Below are positions 56,035 through 64,000 of a DNA stretch of 64,000 bases, piece after piece (within the stretch, counting starts at the first letter, position 1; every line of letters begins with the position of its first letter). Below the pieces are notes generated by a model, which ran no database searches, was not told the DNA's origin, and saw only the letters and a program-made list of their open reading frames with translations. This DNA is from Epsilonproteobacteria bacterium UBA4036 (GTDB lineage Bacteria; Campylobacterota; Campylobacteria; Campylobacterales; Arcobacteraceae). The stretch lies in assembly GCA_002382325.1 (NCBI GenBank), contig DGAG01000007.1, forward strand, positions 200,235 through 264,234. Reading direction: 5' to 3'. A program made the translations under genes and the position numbers.

Positions 56035-58707
56035 TTATGCTTTTACTGGATTGATTTTAGTAGGATCAATTTCATATTTTTTCATAGCTTGTGCTACAAC
56101 TGATTTTTCAACTTTACCTAATTTTGCCAATTGTGCCAATGTCGTAAATACAATAAAGTTTGTGTCAACTTCAAAGAACTTTCTTAAGTTTGCTCGAGAA
56201 TCTGATCGTCCAAAACCATCTGTTCCTAAGGCTTTGAATGTTCCTTTTACAAAGGGTACAAGTTGCTCAGAGTAAGCTTTCATATAATCCGTTGCTGAAA
56301 TGATAATATTTTCATCATCGCTTCCAAGCACTTGATCCACGTAAGCTACTTTTTCTTCCGAACCAATGTTTAACAAGTTGTCTCTTTCTACATCTTGAGC
56401 TTCTCGTGTTAATTCATTGTATGAAGTAACAGAGTAAATATCTGAAGCAATACCATACTCATTTGCTAATACTTCAGCTGCTTCAAGTACATGTTGGAAA
56501 ATTGCACCAGACCCCAATAATTTTACTTTGAAATTATTTTTAGCTTCTACTGATTTTAATTTGTAAATTCCTTTAATAATTCCTTCTTCTACCCCTTGAG
56601 GCATGGCAGGTTGTTTGTAGTTTTCATTTAATGTGGTTAAATAATAGAAAACATCTTCTTGTGCTTCCCCATACATTCTTTCAATTCCATTTTGAACAAT
56701 TACAGCAACTTCATAACCAAATGTTGGGTCATACGTAATACAACTTGGAATGGTATTGGCAATAATATGAGAGTGTCCATCTTCGTGTTGTAACCCTTCA
56801 CCATTGAGTGTTGTTCTTCCCGATGTACCACCTACTAAGAAACCTCTTGCTTTTTGATCTCCTGCTGCCCAACACATATCACCCGTTCTTTGGAATCCAA
56901 ACATTGAGTAAAAGACATAAAATGGGATCATGGGAGAATCATTTACAGAGTAAGAAGTTGCAGCAGCAACCCAAGAACCCATCGCACCTAATTCATTGAT
57001 ACCTTCTTGTAATACTTGTCCTTTTTTATCTTCTTTATAATAAGCAACTTGGTCTCTGTCTTGTGGAATATATTTTTGACCTTCAGATGAGTAAATCCCC
57101 AATTGTCTGAACATCCCTTCCATACCAAATGTTCTTGCTTCATCAGGAACGATTGGAACAATTCGTTTACCAATATTTTTATCTTTAACTAATACATTTA
57201 AAACCCGTACAAATGCCATAGTTGTAGAAATCTCTCGATCACCTGAACCTTCTAAAATTGAATCAAATGAGTTTAATGCAGGAACAGTTAATGGTGTTGA
57301 AAATTGTGTTCTTCGTTGAGGAACGTATCCACCCAATTGAGCTCTTTTTTCTTGAATATATTTAACTTCTTCACTGTCAGGGGAAGGAACATAATACGGT
57401 ACTTTTTCTAATTCTTCGTCTGGAATTGGAATATCAAATCGGTCTCTAAATTGTCTTAAAGAAGCTAAATCAACTTTTTTAACACCATGCGCAATATTTT
57501 TACCCTCAGCTGCTTCACCCATACCGTAACCTTTAACGGTTTTAGCTAAAATTACTGTTGGTCGTCCTACTGTTTCATTGGCTTTTTTAAATGCTGCATA
57601 CACTTTAACAGGGTCATGTCCACCTCGGTTTAACATCCAAATATCATCGTCACTCATATTTTCTACAAGTTTTGCTGTTTCGGGATATTTGTTAAAGAAG
57701 TGTTCTCTTGTGTAAGCTCCACCTTTTTGTTTAAAGTTTTGATATTCACCATCAACGGTTTCTTCCATAAGCTCAAGAAGTTTTCCAGAAGTATCTTTGG
57801 CTAAAAGTTCATCCCAGTGTCGTCCCCAGATGACTTTGGTCACTTCCCAACCTGCTCCTCTGAACTGACCTTCTAATTCTTGGATAATTTTTCCATTTCC
57901 TCGAACGGGTCCATCAAGTCGTTGTAAGTTACAGTTAATAACAAAGATTAAATTGTCTAATCCTTCACGTCCTGCAAGTCCAATAGCACCCAATGATTCT
58001 GGCTCATCACACTCACCATCACCCATAAAACAATATACTTTTTGTTTTGAACAATCTTTAATTCCACGATCGGTTAAATATTTTAAAAATCTTGCTTGAT
58101 AAATCGCTTGTATTGGACCTAGTCCCATTGAAACGGTTGGGAATTGCCAATATTCTGGCATAAGTTTTGGGTGTGGATAAGAAGAGAGTCCATCACACAA
58201 TGCTTCTTGTCTGAAATTGTCCATTTGTTCTTGTGAAATTCTTCCTTCTACAAATGAACGTGCGTAAATTCCCGGAGAAATATGTCCTTGGAAAAATACT
58301 AAATCTCCTCCATCGGGATGGGAAGGGGCTTTAAAAAAGTGATTAAATCCAACATCATACAGTGTTGCTGATGATTGGAATGATGAAATATGCCCTCCAA
58401 GTTCTAACTCTTTTTTTGAAGCTCTTAAAACCATGGCTTGAGCATTCCATCGGATTATTGAACGAATCTTTCTCTCTAAAGAAAGATTTCCAGGCATTTT
58501 TGGCTCGTGTTCAACAGGGATGGTGTTTACATATGCCGTAGTGGCACTGTAGGGTAAATAAGCACCACTTCTTCTTGCTTTATCAATCAGCTTCTCCAAT
58601 AAAAAGTGAGCTCGATCGCCACCCTCTTCTTGAATAACCACTTCTAAAGCTTCTATCCATTCTTGTGTTTCAGATGGATCAACATCTTCTAAATTCATAA
58701 CAGACAT
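56035..58707 (-). CDS. aceE: pyruvate dehydrogenase E1 component, homodimeric type
   Basis: About 890 aa with DPSETQEWIEAL, GGHISSF and CFMGDGECDEPES. I chose ATG 58707, which has AAGGA 5 nt upstream, rather than the track start at 58734. Confidence 0.93.
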   Translation of the reverse strand: MSVMNLEDVDPSETQEWIEALEVVIQEEGGDRAHFLLEKLIDKARRSGAYLPYSATTAYVNTIPVEHEPKMPGNLSLERKIRSIIRWNAQAMVLRASKKELELGGHISSFQSSATLYDVGFNHFFKAPSHPDGGDLVFFQGHISPGIYARSFVEGRISQEQMDNFRQEALCDGLSSYPHPKLMPEYWQFPTVSMGLGPIQAIYQARFLKYLTDRGIKDCSKQKVYCFMGDGECDEPESLGAIGLAGREGLDNLIFVINCNLQRLDGPVRGNGKIIQELEGQFRGAGWEVTKVIWGRHWDELLAKDTSGKLLELMEETVDGEYQNFKQKGGAYTREHFFNKYPETAKLVENMSDDDIWMLNRGGHDPVKVYAAFKKANETVGRPTVILAKTVKGYGMGEAAEGKNIAHGVKKVDLASLRQFRDRFDIPIPDEELEKVPYYVPSPDSEEVKYIQEKRAQLGGYVPQRRTQFSTPLTVPALNSFDSILEGSGDREISTTMAFVRVLNVLVKDKNIGKRIVPIVPDEARTFGMEGMFRQLGIYSSEGQKYIPQDRDQVAYYKEDKKGQVLQEGINELGAMGSWVAAATSYSVNDSPMIPFYVFYSMFGFQRTGDMCWAAGDQKARGFLVGGTSGRTTLNGEGLQHEDGHSHIIANTIPSCITYDPTFGYEVAVIVQNGIERMYGEAQEDVFYYLTTLNENYKQPAMPQGVEEGIIKGIYKLKSVEAKNNFKVKLLGSGAIFQHVLEAAEVLANEYGIASDIYSVTSYNELTREAQDVERDNLLNIGSEEKVAYVDQVLGSDDENIIISATDYMKAYSEQLVPFVKGTFKALGTDGFGRSDSRANLRKFFEVDTNFIVFTTLAQLAKLGKVEKSVVAQAMKKYEIDPTKINPVKA

Positions 58708-59154
58708 ATAATTCCTTTTCAATAATATTTTCACTTTCGTTAAATACTTAATTAATATTTAACTATTGGAACTAACATAATACTATAAATAACTTATTGG
58801 GTTGTTATCTTTTTTGAGTAAAGTAAAATTATAAGAAAATAAAATTTTTATTATAAAATTTCACTAATTTTGATATTTTTCATAAAAAAATTAGATTTAT
58901 AAATTAACTAATATTTAAGTTATTACATAATTTTGAAATTACTTACTCCTATTTATGTCTCATTTTTTAGAGAATTGTACTACTTATGTACATTATATCA
59001 TATCTTGTTCATATCATTTAATCAAACCTTAATTAAAAATATTAGATTTTCCAATATTAGTATTAACTTAAGATAAAGGTTATAATTAGCCATCGAAAAT
59101 CAAAGTTTAAATTAAGTTAAACCCAAAAATCAACTTAAGGAAAAAAGAAGATAT

Positions 59155-59889
59155 ATGAAAAATGGTGCCACGTTTAGAGTCATTCACACGCATAATCAAA
59201 GTGCAACGATGAATATGGCGATGGATAAAGCCTTGGCAATGTCATTTAAGAAAGAAGATAAACCCATCTTACGATTTTATACGTGGGAAAATTCTTTTAC
59301 TGTTGGTGTTTCACAAAACACACAAGACTATACCCAAACATACAACAGTTTTAAGGGCAACTGCGCAAAACGTATGACAGGTGGTGGTGTTTTATTTCAT
59401 GGACACGATCTTTCATACAGTTTGGTTTTACCCACACATTTTTTAGAAAATTTGAGTGTAAAAGAGAGTTATGAAAAGATATGTTCTTTTTTACTTTTCT
59501 TTTATAAAAGTTTAAATCTTGAAGCAATGTATGCAAAAGATATTAAGGCTATAAATTTAAGTAAGAGTGATTTTTGTCAAATAGGTTTTGAAGCCTATGA
59601 TATAGTAATTCAAGGGATTAAAATAGGTGGAAATGCCCAAAAACGTACTAAAAATATGATTTTTCAACATGGCTCTATTCCTTTATATCAAACACAAAGA
59701 AGTAAAGAGTTTGGGAACAGTTTAGAAGATTTAGACATTACCCTAACGTATGAAGAGGCCATTGAAAGATTGAGTGAGGCTTTTTGCCAAACATTTAATG
59801 CAAAACTTGAAGAGTCCAGTTTAAATGAAAAAGAAAAAGAATATTTAAAGAAATTATTAAAGGAAAGCAATGACAGCACCAACAACTAA
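59155..59889 (+). CDS. lipoate-protein ligase / octanoyltransferase family protein (BPL_LplA_LipB catalytic domain)
   Basis: 244 aa with ILRFYTWE, RMTGGGVLFHGHDLSYSL, KIGGNAQKR and QHGSIPL. Confidence 0.75.
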   Translation: MKNGATFRVIHTHNQSATMNMAMDKALAMSFKKEDKPILRFYTWENSFTVGVSQNTQDYTQTYNSFKGNCAKRMTGGGVLFHGHDLSYSLVLPTHFLENLSVKESYEKICSFLLFFYKSLNLEAMYAKDIKAINLSKSDFCQIGFEAYDIVIQGIKIGGNAQKRTKNMIFQHGSIPLYQTQRSKEFGNSLEDLDITLTYEEAIERLSEAFCQTFNAKLEESSLNEKEKEYLKKLLKESNDSTNN

Positions 59890-60754
59890 AGCTGAATATA
59901 AAAAACCCGTATGGTTAAGAAAAAAAATAACACCTGCTGCCCAAATAGAAATGGAAACACTTTTAAAAGATGTGGGAGGATTGCATACCATTTGTCAAGA
60001 AGCAAAATGCCCCAATATCAGTGAATGTTTCTCCAATAAAAATGCTACATTTTTAATTTTAGGAAACATTTGTACACGAAGATGCAGCTATTGTAACGTA
60101 CACACAGGACTTCCTACAGAAGTTGATTTAAGTGAAATACAAAAAGTTACCACTTCTGTTTTACACTTAGGATTGAAGTTTGTGGTTATCACCAGTCCTG
60201 CAAGAGATGATTTAAGCGATGGTGGAGCAGAACAATTTTACAGAGTTACCCAAGATATTTTAGAAAAATCACCTCAAACACAAGTCGAGATTTTAATTCC
60301 AGATTTTAAAGCCAAAGAAGCCTCGCTTCAACGGGTTGTTGATTCAGGTGCCGTAATTATCGGACATAACATCGAAACTGTGCCAAGATTTTATAAAATC
60401 AGAAAAAATGCCTCATATGAGCGTTCAATTGGTGTGTTAAAACGACTTAAAGAATTAGGTGGAGATAAAATCAAAACCAAAAGTGCTTTAATGGTCGGAC
60501 TTGGTGAAACAGAAGAAGAGATGGTGCAAGTCTTTAAAGATTTAATTGCCGTGGGATGTAAGTTTTTAAGTATCGGGCAATACTTAGCACCCTCAGGTGA
60601 ATATGAAAAAGTTGTAGAATATGTCAAACCCGAACAATTTGTCAGATATAAACAACTTGCCATGGATTTAGGCTTTGAATTTGTACACAGCACTCCTTAT
60701 GCCAGAAGTTCATATATGGCACATGAGTATTTGAGTAAGCAAAATAGTAAATAG
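59870..60754 (+). CDS. lipA: lipoyl synthase
   Basis: 294 aa with auxiliary cluster CQEAKCPNISEC and radical-SAM cluster CTRRCSYC. It overlaps the preceding gene by 20 nt. Confidence 0.93.
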   Translation: MTAPTTKAEYKKPVWLRKKITPAAQIEMETLLKDVGGLHTICQEAKCPNISECFSNKNATFLILGNICTRRCSYCNVHTGLPTEVDLSEIQKVTTSVLHLGLKFVVITSPARDDLSDGGAEQFYRVTQDILEKSPQTQVEILIPDFKAKEASLQRVVDSGAVIIGHNIETVPRFYKIRKNASYERSIGVLKRLKELGGDKIKTKSALMVGLGETEEEMVQVFKDLIAVGCKFLSIGQYLAPSGEYEKVVEYVKPEQFVRYKQLAMDLGFEFVHSTPYARSSYMAHEYLSKQNSK

Positions 60755-60827
60755 TGAGTGGTGAGAGGTAAGAAGTAAATAGAAATTACCACTTATTACT
60801 ACTCACTTCTTACTTTTCACTTCTCAC
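60747..60827. repeat. heptamer-built imperfect palindrome, copy B
   Basis: Six in-phase heptamers are GTAAATA GTGAGTG GTGAGAG GTAAGAA GTAAATA GAAATTA. Six complementary heptamers end at 60792, 60799, 60806, 60813, 60820 and 60827. My hand fold gives 24 Watson-Crick and 4 G-U pairs over 36 positions. Both arms resemble copy A. Confidence 0.75.
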
Positions 60828-60872
60828 CCAAAATATGGTACAATCCCCCACTAAAAATTCAAAGGATAACTA

Positions 60873-62171
60873 TTGAGTGATGTGATTGAACTGTTTAAAG
60901 AAATAACCAAAGTACCTCGTTGTTCAAAAGAACACACCCCTTTTATAACCTACATTCAAAACTTTGCAAAACAATATGGCTATGAGTGTTTTACAGATAA
61001 CGTCAATAATATTTTATGCAAAAAGCCAAACTCACAGGCAAAATTATGTATCCAAAACCACTATGATATCGTTTGTTTAATTGATGGATGCGTTCCTGAA
61101 ATCATTGAAGAAGATGGATATTTAAAAGCCAAAGATTCAACTTTGGGTGCTGATAATGGAATTGGCTGTGCGTATATGTTAAGTTTGATGAAACAAGGCT
61201 ATGATTGCGAATATCTGTTTACTTCAGATGAAGAGATAGGACTTATTGGTGCTAATGCCATTGAGTTTGAATTACAAAGTCAATATATGCTTAATATCGA
61301 CAGTGAACGAGAAGGTGAAATCTGCATAGGTTGTGCAGGTGGTGTGGATATTTTTGGTTCATTTTCAAAAAAACACATTGTATCCAATGAGGACAATTAT
61401 AATTTATATGAAATATCCATTGGCAACTTGCCAGGAGGTCATAGTGGTGTAAATATCGATGAAAATCGTCCCAATGCCCTTAAACTCTTAGCCCAAAGTA
61501 TAAAAGAATGCGAAGGGAAATTACTCGATATCAATGGAGGTGAGCGTATTAACTCTATTCCTGTTAATGCCAAAGCCATTATCGCCTCACACATCAAACC
61601 AAAATCAACACACGAACAAATGAAAATCGAAAAAATCGATACAAAAAGTGAGCATTTAAGCCTTTATGATGACAATCTGATTGACTTTATGTACGCTTTT
61701 GCCAATGGTGTTCGTGGGTTTGATAAAAGTTTGAATGTGGTTTTAACCTCTATCAATCTTGCCATCATTAAAACAACCATAGATGAAATCAAAATTGAGT
61801 TAAGTGCTCGTTCTATGGACAATGATGAGCTTAAACGTATTCAAAATGAAACGGTGTGTATGTTAAAGAATTATGGATTTGAAACAAGCACTTGCGGAAA
61901 ATATCCTGCGTGGAAACCACAAATCAATGAGTTTACCAACACCGTTTTAGGAATTTACCAACAGCACTCACCACACGCTGCTTTAGAGGCTATTCATGCA
62001 GGGCTAGAATGTGCTTTATTTCAAGCAAAATATCCCAAACTCAATGTTGCGTCAATTGGTCCAAATATTCATAATCCTCATTCAAAAGCAGAAAAAGTAG
62101 AGATAAAATCGGTTGAAAATCTCTATACGATTCTTTTGGATATTGTTAAAAAAGTAACGAGTGAAAAGTAA
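60873..62171 (+). CDS. pepD: aminoacyl-histidine (Xaa-His) dipeptidase, M20 family
   Basis: 432 aa with LGADNGIGCAYML, FTSDEEIGLIGA and GGHSG. It has a TTG start with AAGGA 6 nt upstream. Confidence 0.85.
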   Translation: MSDVIELFKEITKVPRCSKEHTPFITYIQNFAKQYGYECFTDNVNNILCKKPNSQAKLCIQNHYDIVCLIDGCVPEIIEEDGYLKAKDSTLGADNGIGCAYMLSLMKQGYDCEYLFTSDEEIGLIGANAIEFELQSQYMLNIDSEREGEICIGCAGGVDIFGSFSKKHIVSNEDNYNLYEISIGNLPGGHSGVNIDENRPNALKLLAQSIKECEGKLLDINGGERINSIPVNAKAIIASHIKPKSTHEQMKIEKIDTKSEHLSLYDDNLIDFMYAFANGVRGFDKSLNVVLTSINLAIIKTTIDEIKIELSARSMDNDELKRIQNETVCMLKNYGFETSTCGKYPAWKPQINEFTNTVLGIYQQHSPHAALEAIHAGLECALFQAKYPKLNVASIGPNIHNPHSKAEKVEIKSVENLYTILLDIVKKVTSEK

Positions 62172-62223
62172 CGAGTAACAAGGATATTATGATGAAAAAA
62201 ACTGGTCACTCGTCACTCTTTAC
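62154..62223. repeat. heptamer-built imperfect palindrome, copy C (CG-containing variant)
   Basis: The left arm is GTAACGA GTGAAAA GTAACGA GTAACAA. Right-arm heptamers end at 62202, 62209, 62216 and 62223. My hand fold gives 18 Watson-Crick pairs over 23 positions. The apical loop holds AAGGA and the ATGATG of the next gene. Confidence 0.7.
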
Positions 62224-62902
62224 TGGTTTCTCGCAACAAGGCTTGGATTTTCTAGATCAAATTAAAGCCAATAACACTAAAGTATGGTTTGAAAACAATC
62301 GTCATATTTGGGAAGAAACCATACTAAAACCTAATATTGCGTATATAGAAGAAATGGGTGAACACTTAATTGCACTTGCCCCTTTTATCAAAGCGTTACC
62401 CAAAGTTTCAGGCTCTTTATTTAGAATTTACAAAGATACAAGATTTTCTCATGATAAAACACCCATAAAAACAAAAATAGGTATTTTGTTTTGGCAAGGC
62501 AATTCACATCGTATGCAAAGTGCCAGCTTTTATATGCATTATACGTCAAGTGAAGTTTTCGTAGCAACGGGGATTCGGACATTTAAGCCACCCTTGCTAA
62601 AAAAATATCGAGAATATATAAAAAATGAGAAAAATGCCCAAGCATTGCATATGATTTTAGAAAAGCTAGATCAAAAAGGGATTTGTACCGTTGAACCACA
62701 CTTTAAAAGATATCCTCAAGGCTTTAAAGAAGAAGATAAATATGCTTATTTGAGTCTTTATAACAGTATGTACGCTTACACAACATTCAAGCCCAATAAA
62801 ATATTTTTAAGTACAAAAATAATCAATAAGAATTTTAAATTTTATCGAGAGACCTTAGAGTTATTTGAGTGGCTTTATGAGATGAATAACAGTGACAAGT
62901 AA
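62189..62902 (+). CDS. DUF2461 (TIGR02453) family protein
   Basis: 237 aa with FTGFSQQGLDFLDQIKANNTKVWF and LFRIYKDTRFSHDKTPIKT. Confidence 0.8.
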   Translation: MMKKTGHSSLFTGFSQQGLDFLDQIKANNTKVWFENNRHIWEETILKPNIAYIEEMGEHLIALAPFIKALPKVSGSLFRIYKDTRFSHDKTPIKTKIGILFWQGNSHRMQSASFYMHYTSSEVFVATGIRTFKPPLLKKYREYIKNEKNAQALHMILEKLDQKGICTVEPHFKRYPQGFKEEDKYAYLSLYNSMYAYTTFKPNKIFLSTKIINKNFKFYRETLELFEWLYEMNNSDK

Positions 62903-62951
62903 CGTGAAAATATAACTTGTTACTCGTTACTTTTCACTCGTCACTCACCAC
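62891..62951. repeat. heptamer-built imperfect palindrome, copy D
   Basis: Right-arm heptamers TTGTTAC TCGTTAC TTTTCAC TCGTCAC TCACCAC end at 62923, 62930, 62937, 62944 and 62951. The shorter left arm is GTGACAA GTAACGT. The best fold pairs GTAACG 62899-62904 with CGTTAC 62925-62930. Confidence 0.65.
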
Positions 62952-63287
62952 ACGTTTCGCTTTATTAATCTCACGTTCATATGTATAAACCATAAAATCA
63001 AACATCTTAGTGCCTTTATTTCGAGAAAAGAAAGAGAACATTTCAATAAGCCTAAAACTCATCCTAAAAAATGCAGTAAAAGGCACTAAGTATGTTATAA
63101 GCGTTTCATATTTTCTGTTGGGATAATACGCGTCAAACTCCTCTTTAAGTTTTCCCAGTATCTCATTTTGCTTTTGCAAATCATCGGGATCATTGGCTTT
63201 GATAATCGTAATGGCTAAAAGTAAATTTAATACAAACATAAAGGCATTTAAATTCCAGCCCAAAATAAAAATCTCACTGTACGTCAT
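62934..63287 (-). CDS. hypothetical small membrane protein
   Basis: 117 aa with one N-terminal hydrophobic helix IFILGWNLNAFMFVLNLLLAITII. I recognise no family. Confidence 0.4.
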   Translation of the reverse strand: MTYSEIFILGWNLNAFMFVLNLLLAITIIKANDPDDLQKQNEILGKLKEEFDAYYPNRKYETLITYLVPFTAFFRMSFRLIEMFSFFSRNKGTKMFDFMVYTYEREINKAKRVVSDE

Positions 63288-63360
63288 TTTTTCTCCGTAT
63301 AATCTTAATCGATAAAATTATAGCAAAAAGCTCTTAAGGGCACCTCTCAAAGCCAAGAGA

Positions 63361-64000
63361 CTAAAATGTCTCCCACTCGTCATTGGTTGGCTTTGCCTCT
63401 TTTGACTCCTTTGTTGTTTGAGGAATATTTTCTTTGGTAGGCTCTTTTGTTTTATCTTCCTTGTGCGAAGATATTTTTGAGTCAGTAAGGGGTTTTTCCT
63501 CAAATTTTTTCTCTTTGGTGTTTTCCAAAATATCTTTTGCTATTTCTGAAGTTTTTTGAGCTATCGTATTAGCCACTCTTGCTACTGCTGCATTTTCTTG
63601 TGTTTGTTTATCCAAATTATTAATGGCATCATTGATTTGTTCTACTCCAATTTTTTGCTCTTGGGCTGACGTGGTAATATCAGAAATTAAATCAATCGTT
63701 TTTTTAATATCATTGTTTAAATGCACATACCCCTCAATCATCTCATCTGAAATGGTTTTGCCTTCATTAGCCTTAATATTAGCATCTTCAACCAAAGCTT
63801 TAATCTCTTTGGCTGCTTGGGCACTTCGACTCGCCAAATTACGCACTTCAGCAGCAACAACCGCAAACCCTTTGCCTGCTTCTCCTGCCGTAGCTGCTTC
63901 AACGGCTGCATTCAAACTTAAAATATTGGTTTGAAATGAAATTTGGTCAATCACATTAATCGCTTCATTAATCGCCGTCACTTTTTCATTAATCTGTTCC
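63361..64000 (-). CDS. methyl-accepting chemotaxis protein, C-terminal part (5' end outside the window), ending in EWETF
   Basis: The reading frame is open to the window edge. It has signalling hairpin [41 protein letters not shown]-rich tail then ends in DEWETF. Confidence 0.85.
   Translation of the reverse strand, partial: EQINEKVTAINEAINVIDQISFQTNILSLNAAVEAATAGEAGKGFAVVAAEVRNLASRSAQAAKEIKALVEDANIKANEGKTISDEMIEGYVHLNNDIKKTIDLISDITTSAQEQKIGVEQINDAINNLDKQTQENAAVARVANTIAQKTSEIAKDILENTKEKKFEEKPLTDSKISSHKEDKTKEPTKENIPQTTKESKEAKPTNDEWETF

Noticed and set aside
54286-56275. Several long plus-strand ORFs in the track (54286-54732, 55006-55260, 55264-55620, 55750-56013, 56015-56275), and similar ones inside lpd (52965-54233).
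   Set aside because: They lie antisense to the clearly recognisable aceF, aceE and lpd genes. Their translations are low-complexity S/T/A/P-rich strings typical of shadow frames. I recognise no motifs in them.
58708-58734. Nine-codon N-terminal extension of aceE in the track (MKILLKRNY).
   Set aside because: The ATG at 58707 has an AAGGA RBS at correct spacing and yields an N-terminus (MSVMNLEDVDPSETQEW) that fits the E1 family. The extension lacks an RBS.
63860-64000. Strong similarity between this region and 28255-28420.
   Set aside because: Both encode the universally conserved MCP signalling hairpin ([25 protein letters not shown]). The similarity reflects paralogy and constraint, not a repeat element.

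Overview
This is a strongly AT-rich bacterial chromosomal window with about 60 tightly packed protein genes. I recognised no rRNA, tRNA, CRISPR array, transposase or integrase by eye.

Gene content points to a Campylobacterota (epsilonproteobacterial) genome, probably Arcobacter-like. This is inference only. The pointers are a fused CcsBA cytochrome c synthase, a dimeric-type dUTPase, sensor kinases with an H(Q/E)WRQPL H-box, and many PAS, GGDEF and MCP genes.

Housekeeping genes recognised:
- nrdD (partial), argF, hemN, lgt, polA, kdsB, lptB, tsaE, trpD, argG
- recR, dnaJ, trpB, hisI, cmoB, ccsBA
- an aceE-aceF-lpd pyruvate dehydrogenase operon, divergent from lipoate ligase and lipA
- pepD

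About a quarter of the genes are signal-transduction genes:
- three PAS histidine kinases
- four GGDEF proteins and one EAL protein
- three receiver-domain proteins
- two MCPs
- a split Aer/CetAB-like pair
- a sensor-CheW fusion
- a protoglobin-membrane fusion

The clearest accessory region is about 48.8-52.8 kb. It is a very AT-rich insert carrying a PARIS-like ABC-ATPase + DUF4435 pair, a truncated Fic N-terminal fragment, a YhcG/DUF1016 nuclease-family gene and a cluster of palindromic TTCGACATAT motifs.

Structure not explained by genes:
- A family of long imperfect hairpins built from in-phase GTRANNN heptamers occurs at four gene junctions. These hairpins contain the stop codons of six genes. 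One folds around an RBS and start codon, and two form a 29-nt inverted repeat bracketing a whole gene.
- A 266-bp nested-inverted-repeat element lies in a divergent intergenic region.
- A perfect 31-nt palindrome and a related 15-nt one lie between a NicO/DUF1007 metal transporter operon and a QueD-like gene.

All functional calls come from motif recognition by eye and from memory of family consensus. No searches were run.
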